A stretch of 64,000 bases of DNA from Octopus vulgaris. Taxonomy: Eukaryota. Positions 40,916-54,633 of the stretch are shown here, one piece after another (position 1 is the stretch's first letter; every line of letters begins with the position of its first letter). Below the pieces are notes generated by a model. The model saw only the letters and a list, made by a program, of their open reading frames with translations. It searched no databases and was not told the origin of the DNA. Where the stretch lies: positions 26,226,001 through 26,290,000 of the forward strand of contig OX597832.1 of assembly GCA_951406725.2 (NCBI GenBank), in the 5' to 3' direction. The translations under genes were made by a program, and so were the position numbers.

Positions 40916-42346
40916 TCAACACCTTAAGTACAGCTCACTACTGATAATGTTATCTTTTAAATGTATTATTTTCACGATTAATTGAAACGAAAACGGTGAG
41001 TTTCTACAAAAACCTGATAACAAAACGGTTAAACTGATCTAAATTAAAACTTCTCATAAAAATTTCATGTTAGTTTTATGCTCCGAACACCAACATAATG
41101 AAGACAAACCTATTTCACTAAATTCTTTCTTTTCAAAATTAATTGAAATGAAGTCTGTGTATTTGAGCAGAAATATGGTAACAAAATTATAATCTTTCTT
41201 CAAAATTTCGCGTTGTCCTATGATTCAAACATTATCTTAATAACAAAAAATTATTTCACTAAATTCTTTCTTTTCAAAATTAACTTAAACGAAGCCTGTG
41301 TTTTTCAATAGAAATTTTCCATCAAAATTTCATGTTAAGTTATGTTCGAAACACCAGCTTTACAACGATAAGGTTACTTTAATGTTTTAACTTTCATTTT
41401 TCAGAATTAATTTAAACGAAGTTTGTGCATGTCGTAGAAATACGGTAACAAAAGAGTTGAAAAGAACTAAATTATAACCTTCCATGAAACCTCCATGTTA
41501 TGTTGCAAACACCAGCTTAATTACTCTCTCTTTACTCTTTTACTCTTTTACTTGTTTCAGTCATTTGACTGCGGCCATGCTGGAGCACCGCCTTTAGTCG
41601 AGCAAATCGACCCCGGGACTTATTCTTTTGTAAGCCCAGTACTTATTCTATCGGTCTCTTTTGCCGAACCGCTAAGTGACAGGGACGTAAACACACCAGC
41701 ATCGGTTGTCAAGCAATGATAGGGGGACAAACACAGACACACAAACATATACACACACACACTTATATATATATATATATATACATATATACGACAGGCT
41801 TCTTTCAGTTTCCGTCTTCCAAATCCACTCACAAGGCTTTGGTCGGCCCGGGGCTATAGCAGAAGACACTTGCCCAAGATGCCACGCAGTGGGACTGAAC
41901 CTGGAACCATGTGGTTGGTTAGCAAGCTACTTACCACACAGCCACTCCTGCGCCTATATGACTAAGTTATTTTAATAATTTTTCTATTATTCTGAAAATG
42001 AATTGAAAGAAGGTCGACGTGGTTCTGCAGAAATATTGTAACAAGAGGGTCACTTTTGTTTTTAGGGGCTTTTTTGTTTTTAGGGGCTTTTTTGTTTTTT
42101 TCTATTTGATTTCCATCTCAGAAGATGAGGTTAATAATCCAGAAAATTACAATCTTATTAGCAACTCATTTTTGACATTTAAGAAACTGAATACTATTTG
42201 ACATTTAATCCGGCACTCTAATGGATTAATCGGAGTGTGTGATTTGTTCGGTTTTGGGCATCTGATTCGGAATATCAGCCAACCACCTCAATGAACAGGT
42301 TATGGCGGCCATAGGCTTCGTTGCGTTTCCTTTTCTTTTCCTTTTA

Positions 42347-42395
42347 ACTACTACTACTTCTACTACTACCACTACTACTACCACTACTACTACTA

Positions 42396-42458
<63 letters not shown>

Positions 42459-42489
42459 GCATCACTACTACTACTACTACTACTACTAC

Positions 42490-42535
<46 letters not shown>

Positions 42536-42608
42536 AATACTAATACTGCTACTACTACTACCACCACCACTACCACCAGCATCACCGCCACTGTTGCTAC
42601 TGCTGCTG

Positions 42609-42647
<39 letters not shown>

Positions 42648-43000
42648 TCACCACCACCATCACCGCCACCATCACCACCACCACCACCACCACCATCACC
42701 ACCACCATCACCACCACTGCTGCTGCTGCAGCTACTACTACTACTACTACTACCACCACCATCACCACCACCATCACCGCCACCATCACCACCACCACCA
42801 CCACCACCATCACCACCACCATCACCACCACTGCTGCTGCTGCAGCTACTACTACTACTACTACCACCTTCACCACCACCACAAAAATAACTACTACAAC
42901 AACAACTACAAGACCAACCGCAAGAATCCCAACGAGAACTACGCCCACAACCACAACACCCGCAACAACAACAACCACCACCACTACAACAACAAGAACA
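42347..43000. repeat. Compound trinucleotide repeat (ACT/ACC/AAT/GCT/ACA) with an internal ~120-bp duplication
   Basis: Direct inspection. Confidence 0.9.
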
Positions 43001-43122
43001 AGTATATTTACTTCCTTTTATCCGTTTCCTTTTGTTTCAGGCATTAGATTGCGGCCATGCTGGGGCACCGCCCTCAAAGATCTTTGGTCGAACAAATCAA
43101 CCTCAGTCCATTTCTTGTGAAA

Positions 43123-43179
<57 letters not shown>

Positions 43180-43477
43180 AGTATGTCTGTCTGTCTCTCT
43201 TTGTCTATCTATCTGTCTATTTGCCTGTTTGTCTGTTTGTCTTTCTGTCTGTGTGTCTCTCTGTCTATCTATCTCTCGATCTATCTCCTTGTCTCTCTCT
43301 ATCCTTCTTTCTCTCTCCCTCTCTCCTTCTCTCTCTCCTTTCTCTCTTCCTCTCTCCTTCTCTCTCTCTCCTTTCTCTCTCCCTCTCTCTCTCTCTCTGC
43401 CAGACTGTCTCTCTCAGTGTCTATTTGTCTGTCTGCCTCTCTGTCTGTCTCTCCCTCTCTGTCTTCCTTTTTCTCCT

Positions 43478-43509
<32 letters not shown>

Positions 43510-43604
43510 TGTCTGTCTATTTGTCTATCTCTCTGTCTATTTATCTATCTGTCAGACTGTGTCTCTCAGTGTCTATTTGTCCGTCTGTGTCTCTCTCACA
43601 CACA

Positions 43605-43635
<31 letters not shown>

Positions 43636-44072
43636 TCTCTCTCTCTCTCTGCCTACCTGTCTGTCTCTCTCTCTTATCTCTCCCGCTCCTACTCTCTCCA
43701 AGCTACACTCATAACAAATGAAATATAGTGAAGGTGGAACAATTAAGTGTTTTACTCCACGGGAAACATCATCAGCAGCAGCAACAACAACAACAACAAC
43801 AACAGCACAGACGACGACGACGGCGATGATGACGACAAACGCAAGAGACATGCGCAGAACACCAAGTGCTTGCGCGGGAACCTTTAGGTCCTCCTTCTCT
43901 TCGGATATTCCGATATTCCGATGTTACAACATACTCCCCTTTAACCTCGCGTCTGGACTCGTCCAGCTGCGACTCCTCTTGTGACTCACAGCGCCGAATA
44001 CAGTTTCAACGCGAATCCTTAGTTACACCCCCATCTCTCTCTCACTCTCTCTCTCTCTTTCTCTCTCGTTCT

Positions 44073-44119
<47 letters not shown>

Positions 44120-44639
44120 CTCTCTTTCTATCGTTCTCTCTTCCTCTCTCGTTCGTTTTTCTCTCTCTCTTTCTTCTCTCTCTCTCTCTCTTTCTTTTCT
44201 CTCTCTCTCTCTCTCTCTCTCGCTGACTCTCTTTCTATCGTTCTCTCTTTCTCTCTCGTTCTTTTTTCTCTCTCTCTCTCTTTCTTTTCTCCCTCTCTCT
44301 TTCTCTCTCTCTCTCTCTCGCTGACTCTTCAGTTAATTACACTTCCATCTCTTAATTACACTTAATTACACTTCCATCTTTTTCTCTCTTTTACACACTC
44401 TCTCTCTCTCTCTTTTGCCAAGTTATAACAAAAAGTTAGTGAAATATTTAAAATGTTTACAGTTGGACAGATAGACAAATATAACAAAATAATTTGACAA
44501 AAAATGTGAATTTTTAATTATTTTCTGAGATTTTACAAAAACAACAAAAATATTATTAAAAAAATATTTTTTTTAATTTTCTCTCTTTCTTCCTTTATCT
44601 CACTCTCTTTCACGCCTTCTCTATCACCCTTTCTCTTTA

Positions 44640-44712
<73 letters not shown>

Positions 44713-44725
44713 TCTCTCTCTCTCT
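43123..44725. repeat. (CT)n/(CTAT)n/(CTGT)n polypyrimidine tracts flanking a unique island at 43690-44030
   Basis: Direct inspection. Confidence 0.9.
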
Positions 44726-44977
44726 CACACATACACACATACGCACATGTCAGTTCGATACTCCGATACTCTGATACTCCGATATACTCTCCTCTACCAA
44801 TCATCAATTCAACCAATATTCCTCAAAATGGTCATCCGATCTGCCAGAAACAGCAGTCAATTATTCCTCAAAACATACCCTACCCGTAATAGCTCATGGG
44901 ATACCCGAAGAACAGTCAGAATCTAATTAATAACTTATCTAATCATTGTTCATATGTCCTGGAAGATTCGAACGTAA

Positions 44978-45231
44978 AGAAGGAAGAGGACGAGAAGAAG
45001 AAGAAGAAGAAGAAGAAGAAGAAGAAGAAGAAGAAGAAGAAGAAGAAGAAGAAGAAGAAGAAGAAGAAGAAGAAGAAGAAGAAGAAGAAGAAGAAGAAGA
45101 AGAAGAAGAAAAAGAAGAAGAAGGAGGAGGAGGAGGAGGAGGAGGAGGAAGAAGAAGAAGAAGAAGAAGAAGAAGAAGAAGAAGAAGAAGAAGAAGAAGA
45201 AGAAGAAGAAGAAGAAGAAGAAGAAGAAGAG
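44978..45231. repeat. (GAA)n-(GGA)n-(GAA)n polypurine tract
   Basis: Direct inspection. Confidence 0.95.
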
Positions 45232-45865
45232 ACAGTGGTTAATATAAGTCTAGATACGCTGGTCAGAAATAAATAAAATAAAAAGATGGGATTACCACGA
45301 TTGGAACGCCTTTGATCATATTCTTACTTATTCAGGGCACATCTAAGCAACAACTCAAACTGTTACGAATGTCATTTCTGGAATAATTAGGGATTAAAGA
45401 ACAAAAAAATAAGACTCAACGTTGATAAAATGGCGTTCACTCCGACGAAACGGATTGTCGTGTCGAACGCAAAAATGGAAATTTTATAAATTTGGCGAGA
45501 AAAATGTGTCCTAAGGCAGTTTCGTTTCGTTAGAATGTGGTAAGCGATTGACTGAATGGTATAGAATTACTAGATTGATGTTATATTGTATGGAAATGAA
45601 TATAATATATTTGAATACCTTTCATAATAACGGTGAATAATGAAAACGTACAAATGGTGACGAAGGCGGTGATGATGGTTGGAAGAAGAAGATGAGAAAG
45701 AGGAGGAAGAATAAGAAAAAGAACAACAACAATAACAACAATAACAACAACAACAACAGGAAAATATGAAAGTGGTTCCATTAGCAGAAACTGTCAAATC
45801 TTGATGATGAACGATACAGATTTGGACACACGTATAGTCACATGCATGCACATACATATGCATGG

Positions 45866-45901
<36 letters not shown>

Positions 45902-46083
45902 TTGTGCATATATATATTACAAACATATCAATAATGAGTTACATTAATATATTTGTAACTATATATATATATATATACATACACGCACATATATATGTAT
46001 GTATGTGTATATGCACATTCATATATACGTACATGCATACAAATATATATAGATGTATGTACATCTATATATGTATATATATG

Positions 46084-46153
<70 letters not shown>

Positions 46154-47475
46154 GGAAAGGTGAAGAGAAAAAGAGCTAAAACACTGACAGAAGAGGATGA
46201 TAAAATAATGATTGGGAAATACAAAGAAAAATACGAATAACGAGAGATAAAGAGGGGGGAGATGAGAGAAGGAGGAGGGAGAGATAAAGAGACTAAAAAT
46301 GGAGAAATTATATAGAAAAGAAGGAAAGAAAGAAAAGAATAAGAAAAAATGCCAAAAAATTATCAGTGACAAACAAATCTCCAAAATGTAATTTTGGAGT
46401 TAAGACCGAATTTCTAAAGAACTGTAGACGCATAATGGAATTAAGCCTAAACTAAGTCAATTCTTCAATTTCCATTCATCCTTGGGGAGATCCGATATAC
46501 AAAGCAAGAATATGGAAAACACCGTAACACAATTACTTTAGCGATGTAGTGCTTAAGAATCTACAAGGCGAATGTCTTATAGCTTTGTTCCTATTGCACT
46601 TACTTTCACTTTCGTTTTCAGAGAGAGAGAGAGGAAGGAAGAAAGGCGGCATGCACAGAAAGGAGGGGTTGAATGAGGAAATAAAAGAACATTTATAAAA
46701 ATATCGCGGAGCAATAAAGGAGAAAGGGGAGGGAGTTAAAGAAAAATATGTAAGTTGCTGGCTGTATGTATGTAACGTGGACAGTAGAGATGGAGTAAGC
46801 TTCTGACCAGCAGCATCTTTGTTACACAGGTTCCATTCTCAGCCGAACCGTTTATTTTACTTTACTTCTGTTTTTTTTTTCTTTTTCTTCCGTTTGAGCG
46901 ATTTCGGTTCATTGTCAAACGTGGTGAGCATGGCCAGAATGAATTGATCTCGTCTCAATACAAAAAAAAAGAAGAAAACAATAATTTACACCATAAATCT
47001 TCTGTCCGAAAGATTTTTTAAACCCAATATTTACATGCAATTATTTGTAGCTTTATCTCCTTCGAGTTCCACTGCTGAAAAGGAACTATTTTTATGAAAT
47101 AATTTGTTTTAATCTTACGACTTAGAAAAGGACTCCCCAATATTTTCAATTCGTTACCAAATGTTTGGTCACTAAATTTATGTCTGAAATTTATAAATTT
47201 GCTTGGTGACGGAGGTATGAATAAATCACTGCTGAAGAAAGTAAAAACATTTACCATCTAACTACTGGACCAATGGTTTCAGAATTTTTTTAGCAAATAA
47301 AATAATTTGCTAAAAAAAAGTCTGAAACCATTGGTCCAGGAGTTAGATGATAATTGCTTTTATTTTTCATTCCCTTCGATATTTTATCCTTAATAGTGGT
47401 TTGGAATTTAACTGTCCTCTCTAGCATGCAGGTAGTCTTATGATGGATACCATTTTTGTGTTTAAATGTACAATG

Positions 47476-47523
<48 letters not shown>

Positions 47524-47654
47524 ATATGTATATTGCTTTTCTCTCACTCTTTCTGTGGTGTATTATATATATATATATATATATATAATAAATGGCAAAT
47601 ATACGTCACGATATGTTGCCGCTACTGTTTATAACTCGCTCTGGGATTTATCAT

Positions 47655-47731
<77 letters not shown>

Positions 47732-48028
47732 TCATACACACACAGAAAGAGAGAAAGAAAATCAAGCCTAAAATTTGGAAGATAATCATCATTCAATTAC
47801 ATTCAACAGATGTTTCATTATGAATAGTAATCATTAATTCTACAATTCCATAATTAGGATTCAAAGTTAATTAATATAAATTAATTTGAAACAGTTTTAG
47901 TGCAAATCATTAACAGTAGTAAAGGCTATGTCAATCACAAAAGCCCGTTGCATGTTTAAATCTGCAATATATATATATATATATAGAATATGTATGATGT
48001 ATGTGCGTGCAGGTATATATATATATGC

Positions 48029-48084
<56 letters not shown>

Positions 48085-48149
48085 GGTCCCGGGTTGAGTC
48101 GGGGTTAACCACAGTAAATAAGGTACTCAATACATAGCAGAGTAAATTA

Positions 48150-48221
<72 letters not shown>

Positions 48222-48722
48222 GATGGAATGTCCTGCCGAAGACGGCGCATGAGCGTTCAGCTGTTGCCGAAAGACCTGAACAAATGATTTGTTTATAGGG
48301 ATCAAATGTTCGTGCCACTCATTAGCTCATTCTCCCCATCAAATTGACATTGTAAGAACAGGTGCCACGGTGTGCCATGCGTCAGTTGTCGCAGTGATCG
48401 CAAAGCAACGTGAGATGAAGTGTTTTGCTCAAGAACACAACGCGCTACCCGGTCTAGGAATTGAAATATATATATATACTCTTTTTTACTCTTTTACTTG
48501 TTTCAGTCATTTGACTGCGGCCATGCTGGAGCACCGCCTTTCAGTCGAGCAACTCGACCCCGGGACTTATTCTTTTGTAAGCCCAGTACTCATTCTATCA
48601 GTCTCTTTTGCCGAACCGCTAAGTGACGGGGACATAAACACACCAGCATCGGTTGTCAAGCGATGTTGGGGGGACAAACACAGACACACAAACATATACA
48701 CACACATACATACATACATACA

Positions 48723-48753
<31 letters not shown>

Positions 48754-48917
48754 GTACGACAGGCTTCTTTCAGTTTCCGTCTACAAAATCCACTCACAAG
48801 GCTTTGGTCGGCACGAGGCTATAGCAGAAGACACCTGCCCAAGATGCCACGCAGTGGGACTGAACCCGGAACCATGTGGTTGGTAAACAAGCTACTTACC
48901 ACACAGCCACTCCTTCG

Positions 48918-49057
<140 letters not shown>

Positions 49058-49589
49058 TATTTTGTAATATATCAAAAGACTAGAATGTATATGTGTGTGT
49101 GTGGAATTGTACTACATGCATCTGTCCGCAGCTTTCCGTCTCGGCCCTGTGTTTTTATCCTTTACATTCTCAGTCCTGATCTTAGTAACGTCCAACACCG
49201 CAGTGAGACTCAATGTCTCTGGCTCAGCCAGAAGAGCAATACCAAAAATAATTAACCTTTGAACCTTAAAGCAGCGAGACTATGTGGATTCTTGTCACCA
49301 CAGCTGACGAGAGGTGACCCATATCTAATTTTTTATCCAACGGGAGCTTTATGTTCGTGACTAGAATATTTTTAAAGGAAAGCGATTGCGTGTGTAAGTA
49401 GATGCGTATGTGTGTGTGTGTGTGTGTGTTTCGCTTTTCTTCTACACTTTTCCTTTTCTTTCTTTTTATTCTGGTTCTTCTGCTTCTTTCCACTGAGATT
49501 ACATTTTGATATTTTGGTAATCAGATTATATTTTAATGTTACATCATGTTAAATGCAATAATACAGGATGTAACTGAACCAGACAGAGA

Positions 49590-50340
49590 TGGGAAAGAAA
49601 AAAAAAGAAGGAAAAGAAAAGAAGGGAAGAAGGAAAGGAAATGAATGAGCAGAGAGGAAGAAGGCGGCGGCGGTGGCGGTGGCGGCGGCGACGTCGACGG
49701 TTTGTTTTTGAAAGAAGGGAGAAAAGGAAGTAGAAGAGGAAGTAGAGGAGGAGGAAAGGGAAGAAGAGGAAAAGGAGAAAGGGGAAAAGAGGAAGAGGAA
49801 GAAGAAGAAGAAGAAGAAGAAGAAGAAGAAGAAGAATTGGAAGTGGATGAAGAAGAAGTAGAAGAAGAAGAAAAAAAGAAGAAGAAGTAGAAGAAGAAGA
49901 AGAAGAAGAAGAAGAAGAAGAATTGGAAGAGGAAGTAGAAGAAGAAGAAGAAGAAGAAGAAGAATTGGAAGAGGAAGAAGGAGGAGGAGGAAGAAGTAGA
50001 AGAAGAAGAAGACGAAGAATTGGAAGAGGAAGAAGGAGGAGGAGGAAGAAGTAGAAGAAGAAGAAGACGAAGAATTGGAAGAGGAAGAAGGAGGAGGAGG
50101 AAGAAGTAGAAGAAGAAGAAGAAGAATTGGAAGAGGTAGTAGAAGAAGAAGTAGAAGAAGAAGAAGAAGAAGAAGAATTGGAAGAGGAAGAAGGAGGAGG
50201 AGGAAGAAGTAGAAGAAGAAGACGAAGAATTGGAAGAGGAAGAAGGAGGAGGAGGAAGATGAAGAAGAAGAAGAAGAAGAAGAAGAAGAAGAAGAAGAAG
50301 AAGAAAAAGAAGAAGAAGACCAACAACAACAACAACAAAA
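49590..50340. repeat. Compound GAA/GGA repeat with a recurring higher-order unit (GAAGAATTGGAAGAGGAAGAAGGAGGAGGAGG...)
   Basis: GAATTGGAAG recurs about 8 times at roughly 40-60-bp spacing. Confidence 0.9.
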
Positions 50341-51271
50341 TATGAAGGAGAGACCGGGAAAGAAAAAGAGAAGAATTTCGTTTTAGTCAACGTTTCTTTA
50401 GTTTTTTCATGTTTTTTTTCTTTGTTTCTTTTTTTCTCGGTTTTTTTTTTTTTTGTGGCTGGAGTTGTAGCAAGTAATTGTTGCCAGAAACCAAAATACA
50501 ACCAATTCCAAGAGAATATCTATGGCAAGAACATATGGGTTTCTTCTATATTAATAGTAGACGCAAGAATTTATTAGTTCTGTTCTGGAAAAAAAATCTG
50601 TCTTCCGCTTCCAAAATAGACGTCGGAATCTTGAGATTGGAGTTGGCCAGGAGAATGATTTCCGATTTGGGAAATTTTCTTATCAGCGCCGCACCTATAT
50701 AAGGAATAGATCCCGATCGATGAAATTGGTGGCGGGGGGGGGGGGGGGGTGGTAGTGGTGGGTAAAGAGTGTTGCGTTGTTGTTGTTCTTGATGTGAAGG
50801 TGGTGGTGGTGGTGGTAGTGGTGCTAGTGATGATAGTGGAGGTGGTAGTTATAGTGGTGGTGGCGATAGTGGTGTTAGTGGTGGTGGTTGTAGTGGTACT
50901 TGTGGTGGTGGTGATGGTGATGGTGGTGAGTTATTGTTGTTCTTGGTAGGAGAGGTTGTGATGGTGGTTGTCGCGAAGGCTGTTGCTAGAGTGGTGGTGG
51001 TGGTGGTGGTGGTGGTGGTGGTGGTGGTGGTGGTGGTGGTGGTGGTGGTGGTGGTGGAGGTGGTGGTGGCAGTGGCGGCACTGACGGCGGTGGTGGCGAG
51101 TGATGGTGGCGAGTGATGGTGGCGAGTGATGGTGGCGAGTGGCATTGTCTGTACTCGATTTTTCTTCTCTGTCCCAAATAAATAACTATCTCTATATATA
51201 TCAAGCCTGTTATGTTTACATTACACGGAAGTTTCGAGGGGGGCACGTCCATCCGATATTCTTTGTATTGC

Positions 51272-51342
<71 letters not shown>

Positions 51343-51369
51343 ATGTAATGTATACAGGTATGTATGCGA

Positions 51370-52270
51370 GATAATGTTCACACCTGCACCAGGTAAACCT
51401 TATTTCGAACAAAATATCGTAGAATGCGGTACAGGATAGAGTGCAGTTGACCCTTACGTTTCCCTGGACAGCATATTGCCGGGAGGCGGATCCCTGGATG
51501 AAGAAATGCATCTACGCATTCAGAAAGCATCTGTAACGTTTGAGAAACTTAGAAGAAAAAAAGAGTCTGGGCAAATCGTAACATCTTCAAAGAAGACCAA
51601 GCTAAGCGTGTTCAAGGTTTACATACTAACGACTTTATTGTGCTCTTCTGAAGGCGGCGAGCTGGCAGAAACGTTAGCACGCCGGGCGAAATGCATAGCC
51701 GTATTTCGTCTGCCGCTACGTTCTGAGTTCAAATTCCGCCGGGATCGACTTTGCCTTTCATCCTTTCGGGGTCGATAAATTAAGTACCAGTTACGCACTG
51801 GGGTCGATGTAATCGACTTAATACCTATGTCTGTCCTTGTTTGTCCCCTCAGTGTTTAGCCCCTTGTGGGTAGTAAGGAAATAGGATAGGTCATGTTATT
51901 TGTATGGAAGGCGAACTGGCAGAACTGTTAGCACGCCGGGCGAAATGCGTAGTCGTATTTCGTCAGCCGTTACGTTCTGAGTTCAAATTCTGCCGAGGTC
52001 GACTTTGCCTTTCATCCTTTCGGGATCGATAAATTAAGTACCAGTTACGCACTGGGGTCGATGTAATCGACTTAATACCTATGTCTGTCCTTGTTTGTCC
52101 GCTCTATGTTTAGCCCCTTGTGGGTAGTAAAGAAATAGGTATTTGTATGGAAGATTGTAGCATTCCAAAGCAGATATTCTACTGCGAGCTGTATACTATA
52201 GAAGAAGAGATAAAGACTGCGTAAAAGACAAATTGAAGGAACTGCACGTCGATGTTAAAAAACTAGGAAG
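51370..52270 (+). mobile_element. RTE (BovB-like) LINE remnant interrupted by two family C SINEs (51652-51885, 51911-52139)
   Basis: Reads PAPGKPY...GSLDEEMHLRIQKAS...KTKLSVFKVYILTTLLCSSE / GHVICMEDCSIPKQIFYCEL / KDCVKDKLK. The second SINE has TSD TATTTGTATGGAAG (51897-51910, 52140-52153). Confidence 0.88.
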
Positions 52271-53494
52271 AGCTGACTTTGCAAAACACGAAGATCATAT
52301 CCCACAAAGTGACCGGATCAATCCAGCGGAAGATTCAACTTTTGTTTGTCACATTTCCTTCAAACCATTTCAACATGTTGAACCGTTAATCCCTATACAT
52401 ATTTTTTCTCTCTGTTTTTTTTTTTTTTTTGTTCTCTCGCCATTTTCCCCCCTCTAATTCCTTTCTGTCAAAGAGCATAGGTTCGAAACGTCAAAAACTT
52501 TTCCATTCTTCCCGCCCGAACGTCAAACTAATACACCTGTTCGTTGTTCCCTCACCTTTCTTCGTCTTTTGTTTTCTATAAATTCGAACTGTATGTATGT
52601 ATGTATGTATGTATGTATGTATGTATGTGTGTGTGCGTGTATGACTTTCTCTAGATCTTCAACATCTTGTACAACCAGTCGAATATCAAGTGACTTCTTG
52701 GTATGCAGCTTTCGCAAAGCTTTGGCGTAAACTTAAGTATTGATTATACAAGTTCCACAGTTGATATTGGTACAGTAGACAGTCTTCTTTCTTGATTGCA
52801 TCTAGCAATGATACTTTCTAATTAAGATAATTTAAGATCTTTCCAAGAATGGTGCTCATTTTTATGGATTCAGTTTTCCTTTATCTCTTTGTTTGTGAAT
52901 TAGAAGCAAATGTGAAGTTAATGTTGGTTCGCCTTAATATATTTTTTTCCAATAACAAATTTTTTCACTCTTGGCTTCGTGCTTTGAAGTTAATGATTTC
53001 CCCTCGAAGGTTTGTTGTGTAAAAGATTCTTACATTTCAGTCAATTTTTTTCTCTTTTCCTTTCCATAAAATGCACTTCGTGTACCGTGAACCTATTCAC
53101 CTTACATCTTGTGATGGTATTCAATGGTTCGATTCTGCGAGGCAGACATTTGATGTTTTCTTCTAGTTCTCTTATCTACGTTAACTACTTACGTTGAAGC
53201 ACTTCATTACTTCGTAAACTGAAGATATTTCCCGGGGAGTTAGTTCACAAAACTAATAACTACATAGAAGCAGTTATCGTTCATGTGTTATCACATTTTT
53301 ATATGTTAGTAACTGGCGGGATTTAACCTATTCTTGCAAAAACAAAAATACCTTTGTTTTGATATCTGAATTTCTGGAAAAAGTCACTCTGATATTGTCT
53401 TGAAATAGTTTTCTTTTTCAAGGTAAATATATTCCATTGGAGATACACGAGAGAAAATATGCAAAAGTTGAAAGCTGACTATGGCAGTTACTTT

Positions 53495-54633
53495 TCTTAT
53501 TTCTTTACTACCCACAAGGGGCTACACACAGAGGGGATAAACAAGAACAGACCACAGTGCATAACTGGTATTTATTTAATCGACCCCGAAAGGATGAAAG
53601 GCAAAGTCAACCTCGGCGGAATTTGAACTCAGAACGTAGCGGCAGATGAAATATCTATTTCTATTTCTTTACTACCCACAAAGGGCTACACAGAGGGGAC
53701 AAACAAGGACAGACAAACGGATTAAGTCGATTATATGGACCCCAGTGCGTAACTGGTATTTATTTAATCGACCCCGAAAGGATGAAAGACAAAGTCGACA
53801 TCGGCGGAATTTGAACTCAGAACGTAGTGGCAGATGAAATATCTATTTCTATTTCTTTACTACACACAGAGGGGACAAACAAGGACAGACAAACGGATTA
53901 AGTCGATTATATCGACCCCAGTGCGGAACTGGTATTTATTTAATCGACCCCGAAAGTATGAAAGGCAAAGTCAACCTCGGCGGAATTTGAACTCAGAACG
54001 TAGCGGCAGATGAAATATCTATTTCTATTTCTTTACTACCCACAAAGGGCTACACAGAGGGGACAAACAAGGACAGACAAACGGATTAAGTCGATTATAT
54101 CGACCCCAGTGCGTAACTGGTATTTATTTAATCGACCCCGAAAGGATGAAAGACAAAGTCGACATCGGCGGAATTTGAACTCAGAACGTAGTGGCAGATG
54201 AAATATCTATTTCTATTTCTTTACTACCCACAAAGGGCTACACACAGAGGGGACAAACAAGGACAGACAAACGGATTAAGTCGATTATATCGACCCCAGT
54301 GCGAAACTGGTATTTATTTAATCGACCCCGAAAGTATGAAAGGCAAAGTCGACCTCGGCGGAATTTGAACTCAGAACGTAGCGGCAGATGAAATATCTAT
54401 TTCTATTTCTTTACTACCCACAAAGGGCTACACAGAGGGGACAAACAAGGACAGACAAACGGATTAAGTCGATTATATCGACCCCAGTGCGTAACTGGTA
54501 TTTATTTAATCGACCCCGAAAGGATGAAAGGCAAAGTCGACTTCGGTGAAATTTGAACTCAGAACGTAAAGACAGACGAAATACCGCTAAACATTTCACC
54601 CAGCGTCCTATCGATTCTGCCAGCTCGCCGCCT
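53495..54633 (-). mobile_element. SINE family C: one head plus six tandem body units (176-190 bp)
   Basis: Unit marker GCAGATGAAATATC at 53642, 53830, 54006, 54194 and 54384. The head ends at about 54633. Confidence 0.92.

Noticed and set aside
53646-54391. Repeated 63-66-aa ORFs and a superficial CRISPR-like regularity
   Set aside because: They are SINE body units with no unique spacers and no cas genes, in eukaryotic DNA.
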